Virus record (IMG/VR): IMGVR_UViG_3300020172_003216
Coordinates: 1 to 53,583 of that record
Strand: one strand, 5' to 3'
Source of the DNA: a virus
Lineage: Duplodnaviria > Caudoviricetes
Length of the DNA stretch: 53,583 nt
Every line of letters starts with the position of its first letter. Position 1 is the first letter of the stretch. The notes below the pieces were generated by a model, which did no database searches, was not told where the DNA came from, and was given only the letters and a program-made list of their open reading frames with translations. The position numbers and the translations under genes were made by a program. Shown piece after piece: positions 29,713 to 37,846 of the stretch.

Positions 29713-30104
29713 ACTTTGATCGGCAAGTAAATTTTATTACCAAAACCGACGGTCGGGGTTTTTGGTCCGGCAAGGTCAAAGCCGTAAAGATCAATCGTGT
29801 GCGTCTAGCCTATATAGATGAAGACACCGGTGATTTTGGAGAGCTTAGAGCCTACTTTGATCCCAAAGAGTGGGATGTGGACAACGATGGCTTGATTTAC
29901 ACCGACATGATGTGGAAGCATTCTTTTCTGACTTGCATGGAAAACAGTTTGGGCTTTAGTCCTGAAGCTATACTTGATGTATCTTACAGCGAACAGGGCA
30001 TGCAAGGCCACAATTATGTGAGCATGGATGTTGGTCTGCAGTTTATTACTGAATGCAATGCACTTTATCAATTTGTTGTACATAAACAAGCAGTAAATAG
30101 TTAA
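29709..30104 (+). CDS. Hypothetical early protein
   Basis: 131-aa coupled ORF. Confidence 0.7.
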   Translation: MNFDRQVNFITKTDGRGFWSGKVKAVKINRVRLAYIDEDTGDFGELRAYFDPKEWDVDNDGLIYTDMMWKHSFLTCMENSLGFSPEAILDVSYSEQGMQGHNYVSMDVGLQFITECNALYQFVVHKQAVNS

Positions 30105-30106
30105 TC

Positions 30107-30253
30107 ATGAAAAAGATTGTAAAAATACCGTACCAAAAGACTCGAGCACACCGTGTGCTATTCGAAGCTGGCTCACCATTCAAGAGCCGTACGGTAGAAA
30201 ATAAACGGCAGTTCAAGCGACAACCCAAGCATCGCAAGCAGGAGGCTGTATGA
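30107..30253 (+). CDS. 48-aa basic protein resembling alternative ribosome-rescue factor ArfA (not in ORF track)
   Basis: MKKIVKIPYQKTRAHRVLFEAGSPFKSRTVENKRQFKRQPKHRKQEAV; fills the gap exactly; GTAAATA box 7 nt upstream. Confidence 0.55.
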   Translation: MKKIVKIPYQKTRAHRVLFEAGSPFKSRTVENKRQFKRQPKHRKQEAV

Positions 30254-30456
30254 CCGCAGGCTGGATCTTGATTGTTGCATTACATACTACCAGCGGTAAG
30301 TTTGTTGACAAGTTTGAACTTGGTCCTTTTCCTACCAAGCAGGCTTGTATGGCCACAAAAATTTCTGGACTTAATCAGTTCAAGAAAAACAAGGTTTGCG
30401 TTAGCCAAGCGCATTGGGAAGGCCGCGATATTGATTCTGGTGTAGCACCCGACTAA
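30250..30456 (+). CDS. Small hypothetical protein with hydrophobic N-terminus and two Cys
   Basis: GGAGG RBS, ATGA overlap. Confidence 0.65.
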   Translation: MTAGWILIVALHTTSGKFVDKFELGPFPTKQACMATKISGLNQFKKNKVCVSQAHWEGRDIDSGVAPD

Positions 30457-30466
30457 GGAGACTCAG

Positions 30467-30679
30467 ATGGAACCCAAAGACTTTAGTAATACTTTTAACC
30501 GAGCGCGACAAGAAATACGTTATGCTCAAGGGTTAGGACGCAAGCGTCAGATTATCAATCGACAACTTGAGGAACTGCATTCTATACACATGGAAATGAT
30601 TGAAGGTGCAGTACAAGCAAAAGAATATGCGGGTTTTCCAGAAGCCAATGAAGTTATCAACCATGTGCGGAGCCTGTAA
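30467..30679 (+). CDS. Hypothetical protein
   Basis: AAGGAG RBS. Confidence 0.7.
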   Translation: MEPKDFSNTFNRARQEIRYAQGLGRKRQIINRQLEELHSIHMEMIEGAVQAKEYAGFPEANEVINHVRSL

Positions 30680-30963
30680 TGGACGTTGAAGCTTTGGTAG
30701 AAAATATCCTGGAAGATCGTATTGCTATCGCCGATCTTGACATTCCGCAAATGGAGGCGGTAATTGATTTCATGCGCGAGCATGTGTCCAATATTGACAA
30801 CGATGAGTACAGAGAAGCACTAATGGGACTAGTTGATGCTATAGAAATTTCTGCAGAAAATAGATTTGTAAATGAAGCAGCGGGCGATTGGGACGAAACG
30901 ATTGAAGCAAGTGTTGCCCGTGGTAATAGCTATTTTGAACTAGAAAATTATGTAATGCAGTAG
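30679..30963 (+). CDS. Hypothetical acidic protein
   Basis: GGAG RBS, TAATG coupling. Confidence 0.7.
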   Translation: MDVEALVENILEDRIAIADLDIPQMEAVIDFMREHVSNIDNDEYREALMGLVDAIEISAENRFVNEAAGDWDETIEASVARGNSYFELENYVMQ

Positions 30964-30991
30964 TCGTGTAGTGCTTCTTAAGCAGTATTTT

Positions 30992-31016
30992 AACCCGCTT
31001 CGGCGGGTTTCTTTTT
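30992..31016 (+). terminator. Rho-independent terminator ending the early small-gene cluster
   Basis: AACCCGC-TTCG-GCGGGTT followed by a T-rich run. Confidence 0.9.
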
Positions 31017-31029
31017 GCTAAATACTCTT

Positions 31030-31329
31030 ATGAAGATTACAGATATTATCCGCAGCGTATTAGATGTTATAGATAATGCAGAAGCTCCTGCAGAACCTGC
31101 TCTGGCCATTGCAGTACAAATTGATCCTGAGCAAGAAATGCAGGACATGCAGCGCCTGGCTGGAATTTTAGATCTTGAAGACGCAGAATTTGCCAACGAA
31201 CCAAACACTATTGTAGCACCAATGGGTGCAGCATATCCAGCTGGGGACGATGTGCATTACAGTAAAAATCCCGCAGACATCAGAACCAATGCACCCAGTA
31301 TGTTCCCGGATTGGCAAGCAAGGAGTTAA
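31030..31329 (+). CDS. Hypothetical acidic late protein
   Basis: ATG 5 nt after CTAAATA (31018-24); starts MKITDII. Confidence 0.65.
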   Translation: MKITDIIRSVLDVIDNAEAPAEPALAIAVQIDPEQEMQDMQRLAGILDLEDAEFANEPNTIVAPMGAAYPAGDDVHYSKNPADIRTNAPSMFPDWQARS

Positions 31330-31331
31330 TT

Positions 31332-31565
31332 ATGTCAGCAAATGGAATCGCACAACTAGCATTAAAAAGAGCTCGTCAAGATGCCAAACTAGCTTTAGCA
31401 GGTACAGATCGAGCCAATCGTAATACAGTTCAACCAGGTAGATATGCAGATACCACTGCTGATGCTACACAGCTACCAACCAGATACAATGCTTCCAGCA
31501 ATACTGGCGCACTAGTAGATAATCCCAACACTGGCGGATTACTGAAAAAAAGACCTTGGGCGTAA
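31332..31565 (+). CDS. Hypothetical protein (probable virion)
   Basis: AAGGAG RBS before MSANGIA. Confidence 0.65.
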   Translation: MSANGIAQLALKRARQDAKLALAGTDRANRNTVQPGRYADTTADATQLPTRYNASSNTGALVDNPNTGGLLKKRPWA

Positions 31566-31568
31566 TCA

Positions 31569-33377
31569 ATGGCTGCTCGCGGTGACACAAGAATAAATTC
31601 AACCTCTTACGAGCACCCACAGGAACGTAATCTATTAGACCTGCATACTGCTTTACAATATCGTTATCTAACTGGCGAACCGGAACTGCGTGTCAATCTT
31701 GGACCAAATGCTTTTGTAATTTCGGGCAATGTTCTTATTCCCGGAATAGTGCAAGTTTATTCATCAATTGACAATCCCGTACACAATCATATAACTGAAG
31801 TTGGTACCGGCGGTAATCTGCAAGTGCCTTGGCTACCCGTTGCCGGTAATGTCACAGTGGATTCTGGAAATATCATGGTGACTCAAGGCACCATACCGTG
31901 GATAGTTAGTAATTCCAATGTGGCCGTAATTGGAAATATCACAGGCATAACCACACTACCAGCCATTACTGGCAATGTTGGTGTAAGTGGAAATGTATCA
32001 ATAACCCAATTACCGGCCATTACAGGTAATGTCAATGTAGATAATTTTCCTTCAAATATTCGTATTACTGATATGCCTGGTATTACAGGTAATGTGCATG
32101 TGTATGGTGGTAATGTCAATGTCACTCAAGGTACAACTCCTTGGTCAGTGACTGGCAATGTTGGCTTGACTGCTAATACCAGCGTGACCATATCAGGATT
32201 TGGACAATCGGCAGATGCGTTTGGTCGTTTGCGTGTAAGCAACCCTTTTACCCTGTTCGACACTCAGGCAAGATACTATGATCACGGTCAATTCAGTAAT
32301 GTAAATGTGGGCACAGCCAATGTGGTTTATGTGGCCAGTCAAAGCAGTTATCAATTGAATGTTGGCTCTGCCAATGGAGATTCTGTCATAAGAGAAAGCA
32401 AACGAGTGTTTGCCTATCAGCCCGGCAAGAGTCAATTGACCATGAACACATTTTGTTTTGCTACCCCAAAAACCAATTTAAGACAACGAGTTGGTTTGTT
32501 TGGGGCCAATAACGGTGTGTTTTTTGAAAACGACGGCACCTATAATTACATGGTCATTAGATCCCAATCGTTTGGCAACGAAGAACGAGTGCGCCAGGAT
32601 GCCTGGAACGGCGACAGACTGAATGGATCAGGTGGTATCACGAATCCGTCCAATATTACACTATATCCCGATAGAACACAAATTTTCTATGCTGATGTAG
32701 AGTGGTTGGGTGTAGGGTCTGTTCGTTGCGGATTTGTCGTCAACGGTGCTTATGTGTTGTGCCACACATTTCATCACGCCAATCAATTGGGTTTTGATCG
32801 AGTGTATATGACCACAGCTACATTACCTATACGATATGAAATAACTAACACCGGCGCTACTAGTGGTGCTAGTATGATGACACAGATTTGTAGCACTGTA
32901 ATTTCAGAGGGCGGCTACAATTCATTTGGTACTACAGAAAGTTATGGCACAGGCACAACACAAAAGCGATTGTCCAACAGCGGCACCTATTACCCTGTGG
33001 TCAGCATTAGACTGAACGCAGCCAGACTGGATGCCATTGTGGTACCAAGGCAAATTGATGTTCTCAGCCCCAGTGTCAACTACTATCGTTGGGCACTATT
33101 GAACAATGCAACTTTGACTGGAGCCACTTTTGCTCAAACCAGTCAAAGTGGCACAGTGGACATAGACACCGCAGCCACCGCAGTGGCTGGTGGCTTTGAA
33201 ATTCAATCTGGTTATGCCAGCAGCAGAGAACTTACTCAACTAAGTTCAGTTGATTTTTTTCAATTTCAATTGGGCCGTACTATGCAAGGTGTCAGCGATG
33301 TGGTCACTTTGGCCATTGCCGCCACTGCCAACAATGCAGATGTATTGGCCGAACTTGGATGGCAAGAATTGAATTAA
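31569..33377 (+). CDS. Probable virion fibre/decoration protein with GNV repeats
   Basis: Repeated (I/V)TGNV units and TQGT.PW x2, then a beta-rich domain starting DAFGRLRVSNPFTLFD. Confidence 0.65.
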   Translation: MAARGDTRINSTSYEHPQERNLLDLHTALQYRYLTGEPELRVNLGPNAFVISGNVLIPGIVQVYSSIDNPVHNHITEVGTGGNLQVPWLPVAGNVTVDSGNIMVTQGTIPWIVSNSNVAVIGNITGITTLPAITGNVGVSGNVSITQLPAITGNVNVDNFPSNIRITDMPGITGNVHVYGGNVNVTQGTTPWSVTGNVGLTANTSVTISGFGQSADAFGRLRVSNPFTLFDTQARYYDHGQFSNVNVGTANVVYVASQSSYQLNVGSANGDSVIRESKRVFAYQPGKSQLTMNTFCFATPKTNLRQRVGLFGANNGVFFENDGTYNYMVIRSQSFGNEERVRQDAWNGDRLNGSGGITNPSNITLYPDRTQIFYADVEWLGVGSVRCGFVVNGAYVLCHTFHHANQLGFDRVYMTTATLPIRYEITNTGATSGASMMTQICSTVISEGGYNSFGTTESYGTGTTQKRLSNSGTYYPVVSIRLNAARLDAIVVPRQIDVLSPSVNYYRWALLNNATLTGATFAQTSQSGTVDIDTAATAVAGGFEIQSGYASSRELTQLSSVDFFQFQLGRTMQGVSDVVTLAIAATANNADVLAELGWQELN

Positions 33378-33387
33378 ACCAAAACTG

Positions 33388-33439
33388 TTGACTTCCAACA
33401 AACAATCTGCTATATTAGCAAGACTATTCTAAATAAATA
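33388..33439 (+). promoter_or_regulatory. sigma70-like promoter plus late box
   Basis: TTGACT-17-TATATT with extended TG; ATAAATA at 33433-39. Confidence 0.65.
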
Positions 33440-33445
33440 CTGACT

Positions 33446-35077
33446 ATGATATTCGGATACCTAATGTTGGTGATAGCGATCACCATTTCCGCAATCGCTG
33501 CCTGGTACTCAGTGGCTGGACTTGCTGCCATCTTTGCAGCAGCAGTTGTACCAGTTATAATTATGGGCGGTGCCCTGGAAGCTGGCAAGATTGTGGCCAC
33601 CGTTTGGTTGCACAACAATTGGCAACGAGTGAGTTGGGCATACAAAACTTACCTGGTTCCTGCCATTGTGTTTCTCATGCTGCTGACCAGTATGGGCATC
33701 TTTGGTTTCCTATCAAAAGGACACGCTGACCAAAGCATTGTAAGCGGCGATTCAATGAGCAAGGTTGCCATCTACGATGAGAAAATCAAGACCGAGCGAG
33801 ACAATATAGATCAAGCCAAACGGGCACTTGAGCAAATGAATGCACAAGTAGATCAAATGATGAGTCGTACTGACACTGATCGTGGTGCCGAACGTGCTGT
33901 GGCCATTCGCAAACAGCAGGCTCGAGAACGTGCAAACCTACAAGCAGAAATTACTAAGTCGCAAAAAGCAATACAAAAATTACAAGAAGAACGTGCGCCC
34001 TTGGCAGCAGAGTTTAGAAAAGTTGAAGCCGAAGTTGGTCCTATCAAGTATATTGCCGCCTTGATATATGGTGACAATCCTGATCAAAATTTACTTGAAG
34101 CAGCAGTACGTTGGGTTATTATTCTAATTGTGATTGTGTTTGATCCACTAGCATTATGTTTGATCTTGGCCGCTAACAAACAGTTAGAATGGGCACGAGC
34201 AGGTGTAGGTGGTTGGGTGCATGATGAGGAAGCTGCTCAAAATATAAATCCCAATCCGCCTGGAGTAGTACAACGACCATGGACTGAAGAAGAGATGGCA
34301 GCACTTAATAGAGTCGATGAAAAAATAAATCCTGACCGCGAAGAAGATGAGTTTTTTGATCGTGCTCGGTATGCTGCACTAACTGCGGATATAATGGAAG
34401 AGCAACGCAGAGCTGAAGAAGCCAATACTGTGATAGCTGAGATAGAACAGCCAGAACCGGACCTTGATATACCAGTTTTAGAAAATGAAGAAATGTGGGC
34501 ACAACGTGTTATTGATGAGCAACCCAAATACGAACAGGATGATGGCCCATTAACACAAGCACAAATTGAACAAATTAAATCATCTGTGGAGGAAGAACAA
34601 ACAGGTTCCACAACCACTGCGACAGCGGAACCGCCAGCAGAGTCGCCACCCGAGGCGGATGAATTTAGTACCCCTGTGCGTCGCGGTGCAGACTACGCTG
34701 TTAGATATAAAGGTAAAGTTTACAACCTAGATGCGTTTAATAAACTGTATCCTGGAATGGCCATACAGGCTGACAATGATAAACTTGAAGCTGCTAGTCA
34801 ATGCGGATTTGGCGAAAGATTCCCAGATGATCCACTGAAAGGCGATATGTTTATTAGAACAGATTATCTGCCAGACCGTTTGTTTAAATGGAATGGAACC
34901 AAATGGATTGAAGTAGACAAAAATTCCACAGACAGCTACACTTACAATCAAGCTTATATACAATACCTAATTCAAAAACTTGAGGCCGGTGAGTACGAAA
35001 TTGAGGATTTAAGTGATGCAGAGCAATCTCAAGTTGAACAACAAATTGAAGAAATATTAAAAGGCAAACGTGTATAG
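33446..35077 (+). CDS. Membrane protein with coiled coil and acidic C-terminal region
   Basis: N-terminal TM helices, long coiled coil, EAEVGPIKYIA, TM with FDPLA, acidic tail. Confidence 0.75.
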   Translation: MIFGYLMLVIAITISAIAAWYSVAGLAAIFAAAVVPVIIMGGALEAGKIVATVWLHNNWQRVSWAYKTYLVPAIVFLMLLTSMGIFGFLSKGHADQSIVSGDSMSKVAIYDEKIKTERDNIDQAKRALEQMNAQVDQMMSRTDTDRGAERAVAIRKQQARERANLQAEITKSQKAIQKLQEERAPLAAEFRKVEAEVGPIKYIAALIYGDNPDQNLLEAAVRWVIILIVIVFDPLALCLILAANKQLEWARAGVGGWVHDEEAAQNINPNPPGVVQRPWTEEEMAALNRVDEKINPDREEDEFFDRARYAALTADIMEEQRRAEEANTVIAEIEQPEPDLDIPVLENEEMWAQRVIDEQPKYEQDDGPLTQAQIEQIKSSVEEEQTGSTTTATAEPPAESPPEADEFSTPVRRGADYAVRYKGKVYNLDAFNKLYPGMAIQADNDKLEAASQCGFGERFPDDPLKGDMFIRTDYLPDRLFKWNGTKWIEVDKNSTDSYTYNQAYIQYLIQKLEAGEYEIEDLSDAEQSQVEQQIEEILKGKRV

Positions 35078-35429
35078 TAATTTTATAACTCCACCAGATT
35101 TTGTAGAAGATCAATTTCATACTGTAACAGTAGTTAATGCCTCCACTGAAGAAGTCGAATTGCTAGGACGCATGTGTAAAGGCAGCGATGATCAATTTAA
35201 CTTGTACTTGTATCGCTCAGAAATGAATGATTATGTGTGGTTAAGAAAAGCAGTCGAAATAAGCGATGCAATTATTGTTAATACAAGCATAACTGATAAT
35301 ATCTTAGAAGAGTTGCTTTTACTAGATAAAACATACTACTATGGCGGAAAAAGTTTTTTAGTCAAAGCAAATAAAGTGGATAATGTTTTTCACTATTTTG
35401 CTATTAGATATCATCAACAAAATAAATAA
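35070..35429 (+). CDS. Hypothetical protein
   Basis: GTG start overlapping the upstream stop. Confidence 0.65.
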   Translation: MYSNFITPPDFVEDQFHTVTVVNASTEEVELLGRMCKGSDDQFNLYLYRSEMNDYVWLRKAVEISDAIIVNTSITDNILEELLLLDKTYYYGGKSFLVKANKVDNVFHYFAIRYHQQNK

Positions 35430-35432
35430 CTT

Positions 35433-35669
35433 ATGTTTGATAAATCCAATAAAGTTAACGGTAATCGAGTACTAGTTGTCAATGATAACGTAGAAAAAGC
35501 TCTACGCAAATTCAAAAAGAAAGTAAACGATAGTGGACTTTTGCAGGAATTACGCGAGCGCGAATTCTACGAAAAGCCTACTACAGCACGTAAAAAAGCC
35601 AAAAGCTCTGCTCGTCGTCGCTGGTTAAAAAAACTTTCTAGTGAACAGCTACCTAAAAAGTTATTCTAA
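35433..35669 (+). CDS. rpsU: 30S ribosomal protein bS21
   Basis: NVEKALRKFKKKV..SGLLQELREREFYEKPTTARKKAK..ARRR. Confidence 0.92.
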   Translation: MFDKSNKVNGNRVLVVNDNVEKALRKFKKKVNDSGLLQELREREFYEKPTTARKKAKSSARRRWLKKLSSEQLPKKLF

Positions 35670-35914
35670 TGTATATTGAATTCCGTTTGCCCTCAGGTGC
35701 AGGCGGAGTAGCAGCCGGCACAGCTCTGACCCATATCAATATTGATATTGATACCTGGGTTAGGACGCATGAAATTGCTTGGCATAAAACCAAGTTAAAC
35801 AAATACAAATACAGATTGTGTCTGTCCGGGGATAAGGAATACACATTATTTGCACTCACTTGGGATCCAAAATATTCTGCATCAAAATATTTTGATTTTG
35901 TTAATCCAAAATAA
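35669..35914 (+). CDS. Hypothetical protein
   Basis: TAATG-coupled to rpsU. Confidence 0.65.
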   Translation: MYIEFRLPSGAGGVAAGTALTHINIDIDTWVRTHEIAWHKTKLNKYKYRLCLSGDKEYTLFALTWDPKYSASKYFDFVNPK

Positions 35915-35945
35915 TTGCAAAAAAACACTAAATCGTGTATAAATA
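35915..35945 (+). promoter_or_regulatory. Overlapping sigma70-like and late promoter for hsp20
   Basis: TTGCAA-17-TATAAA; TATAAATA at 35938-45. Confidence 0.65.
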
Positions 35946-35949
35946 TACA

Positions 35950-36006
35950 TGTAGCGCCGATAGGGCTACACAGTCATACTTGCTTATTTGAAAGGAGAAA
36001 ATTATG
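35950..36006 (+). promoter_or_regulatory. ROSE-like RNA thermometer in the hsp20 5' UTR
   Basis: 5' hairpin TGTAGC/GCTACA; CTTGCTT (35979-85) pairs with SD AAGGAG (35992-97) with a bulged G. Confidence 0.65.
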
Positions 36007-36456
36007 ACACAATTCAGTATCAACACTCTTGACCTTCCACAACTATCTGCACAAATCCATCGCCATGCTATTGGCTTTGATCGTTTGTTTGATGAGCTAG
36101 GCCGCACTTGGGCCAACAGCGCAAAAGCAGAAAACTATCCCCCATACAATATCATCAAAGTTGATGAAAACAATTGGGCTATTCAAGTTGCCGTTGCCGG
36201 CTTTGGGGAAGATGAACTAGACATTGAACGCAAAGACAATGTACTACACATCAAAGGTGAGCGCAAGGTAAAAGACGAGCAAGAATACGTACATCGTGGT
36301 ATTAGTGCTCGTGCGTTTAATCGTTCATTCACACTTAACGAAAACGTCGAAGTAAAAGGTGCCACTGTAATCAACGGCATTCTTGCAATCAGTCTTGAGC
36401 ATATTGTTCCTGAAGAACAAAAACCCAAGAAGATTGCTATTACTTTCACTAAGTAA
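36004..36456 (+). CDS. ibpA: Small heat shock protein Hsp20 (IbpA-like)
   Basis: IGFDRLFD, NYPPYNIIK, AVAGF, YVHRGIS.RAF, NGILAISLE..PEEQKPKKIAI. Confidence 0.95.
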   Translation: MTQFSINTLDLPQLSAQIHRHAIGFDRLFDELGRTWANSAKAENYPPYNIIKVDENNWAIQVAVAGFGEDELDIERKDNVLHIKGERKVKDEQEYVHRGISARAFNRSFTLNENVEVKGATVINGILAISLEHIVPEEQKPKKIAITFTK

Positions 36457-36469
36457 TATAGTGTAATAA

Positions 36470-36494
36470 CAGTAGGAGCATCTTGCTCCTACTG
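36470..36494. other. Perfect 11-bp stem-loop between hsp20 and clpS
   Basis: CAGTAGGAGCA-TCT-TGCTCCTACTG, with no U tract. Confidence 0.8.
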
Positions 36495-36510
36495 AAACTT
36501 AAATGAGATT

Positions 36511-36822
36511 ATGAGTAAAACTGATACCATCAATAAACCCAAGATAGCAACAAAGCAATCAGTTCAACCTCCGAGTCTGTTCAATGTTATCTACATGAAT
36601 GATAATGTTACAACTATGGAATTTGTTATTGAAAGTTTGAAAGCAATTTTCCATCATGATGAAAACACTGCCTATGAATTAACTAAAAAAATTCATGAAG
36701 ATGGTAGTAGTGTAGTTAAAACTTTGCCGTACGAAATTGCCGAACAAAAAGGTGTAGAAGCTACACTGTTGGCAAGAACAAACGGGTTCCCACTCAACGT
36801 AAAACTAGAACCAGCTAACTAA
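36511..36822 (+). CDS. clpS: ATP-dependent Clp protease adaptor ClpS
   Basis: PSLFNVIYMNDNVTTMEFV..IH.DG..YEIAEQK..FPL. Confidence 0.92.
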   Translation: MSKTDTINKPKIATKQSVQPPSLFNVIYMNDNVTTMEFVIESLKAIFHHDENTAYELTKKIHEDGSSVVKTLPYEIAEQKGVEATLLARTNGFPLNVKLEPAN

Positions 36823-37298
36823 TGATATTCAATAAAATTAGAGACCTTAAGGACAAAGGACTTAAGATTGGAATCACCTTCTCCACTTTTGATTTATTTC
36901 ACGCCGGACATGTGGCAATGCTGGCAGAGGCTAAGAATCACTGCGACTATCTTATTGCCGGACTTCAAACAGACCCCACAATTGATCGTCCAGATACAAA
37001 AAACAAACCGGTCCAATCAATTGTGGAAAGACAGATTCAATTGGCAGCGTGTCGCTATGTGGATGAAGTGGTTGTGTATCAGACCGAACAAGATCTGATT
37101 GACATTATCTTGACATTGCCCATTGATGTGCGTATACTAGGAGAAGAATACGCCGACAAAGACTTTACTGGTATGGAAGAAGGTTATAATAGAAAAATTG
37201 AATTGGTGTTTAACCGAAGAGATCATTCGTTTAGTTCAAGCAGTCTGCGTCGTCGGGTGGCAGCATCCGAGGCAGACAAAGCACTTAGGAGTCAATGA
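36822..37298 (+). CDS. Cytidylyltransferase (TagD-like, HxGH family)
   Basis: STFDLFHAGH, KNKPVQSIVER, YVDEV, HSFSSSSLR. Confidence 0.85.
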   Translation: MIFNKIRDLKDKGLKIGITFSTFDLFHAGHVAMLAEAKNHCDYLIAGLQTDPTIDRPDTKNKPVQSIVERQIQLAACRYVDEVVVYQTEQDLIDIILTLPIDVRILGEEYADKDFTGMEEGYNRKIELVFNRRDHSFSSSSLRRRVAASEADKALRSQ

Positions 37299-37846
37299 TG
37301 GATGTAATGTTAGATATAGAAACACTAAGTACCAGACCTTGGTCAGTAATTCTTACCTTAGGCGCAGTTAAATTCAGTCCATGGGATGAGGATGTTGATA
37401 CAGAATCTGGATTATATATTCGTCCCGATGTTGATGAACAACTAGCCTTAGATAGACATGTGCAGGACGAAACTGTTGCTTGGTGGGGAACTCAACCTGA
37501 AGATGTTAGAGAAGAAGCACTAGGCACTAGTGGTCGTATTAGTGTTAACGAAATGTTAGATCAATTGAATAGATTTCTAGTTGGTGCAGATAATATTTGG
37601 TGTCAAGGTCCGGCATTTGATATTGTAATCTTAGAAGATTTATATAGACAAATGGGACGCCCAACTCCGTGGCAGTTCTGGCAAATTAGAGATAGCCGTA
37701 CCCTGTTTAGTGTACACGGTGATCCAAGAGAAAAAGGTCGGCATGGTGCTCACAATGCATTGATTGATTGTTATTATCAAGCCAGGGCAGTGCAACAGAT
37801 ATACAAAAATGTTGGAATCAAAAAACGCACATACGAAAGCAAATAA
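37295..37846 (+). CDS. DEDDh 3'-5' exonuclease (DexA / Rv2179c-like)
   Basis: MLDIETL, GPAFDIVIL, RDSRT, HNALIDC. Confidence 0.88.
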   Translation: MMDVMLDIETLSTRPWSVILTLGAVKFSPWDEDVDTESGLYIRPDVDEQLALDRHVQDETVAWWGTQPEDVREEALGTSGRISVNEMLDQLNRFLVGADNIWCQGPAFDIVILEDLYRQMGRPTPWQFWQIRDSRTLFSVHGDPREKGRHGAHNALIDCYYQARAVQQIYKNVGIKKRTYESK

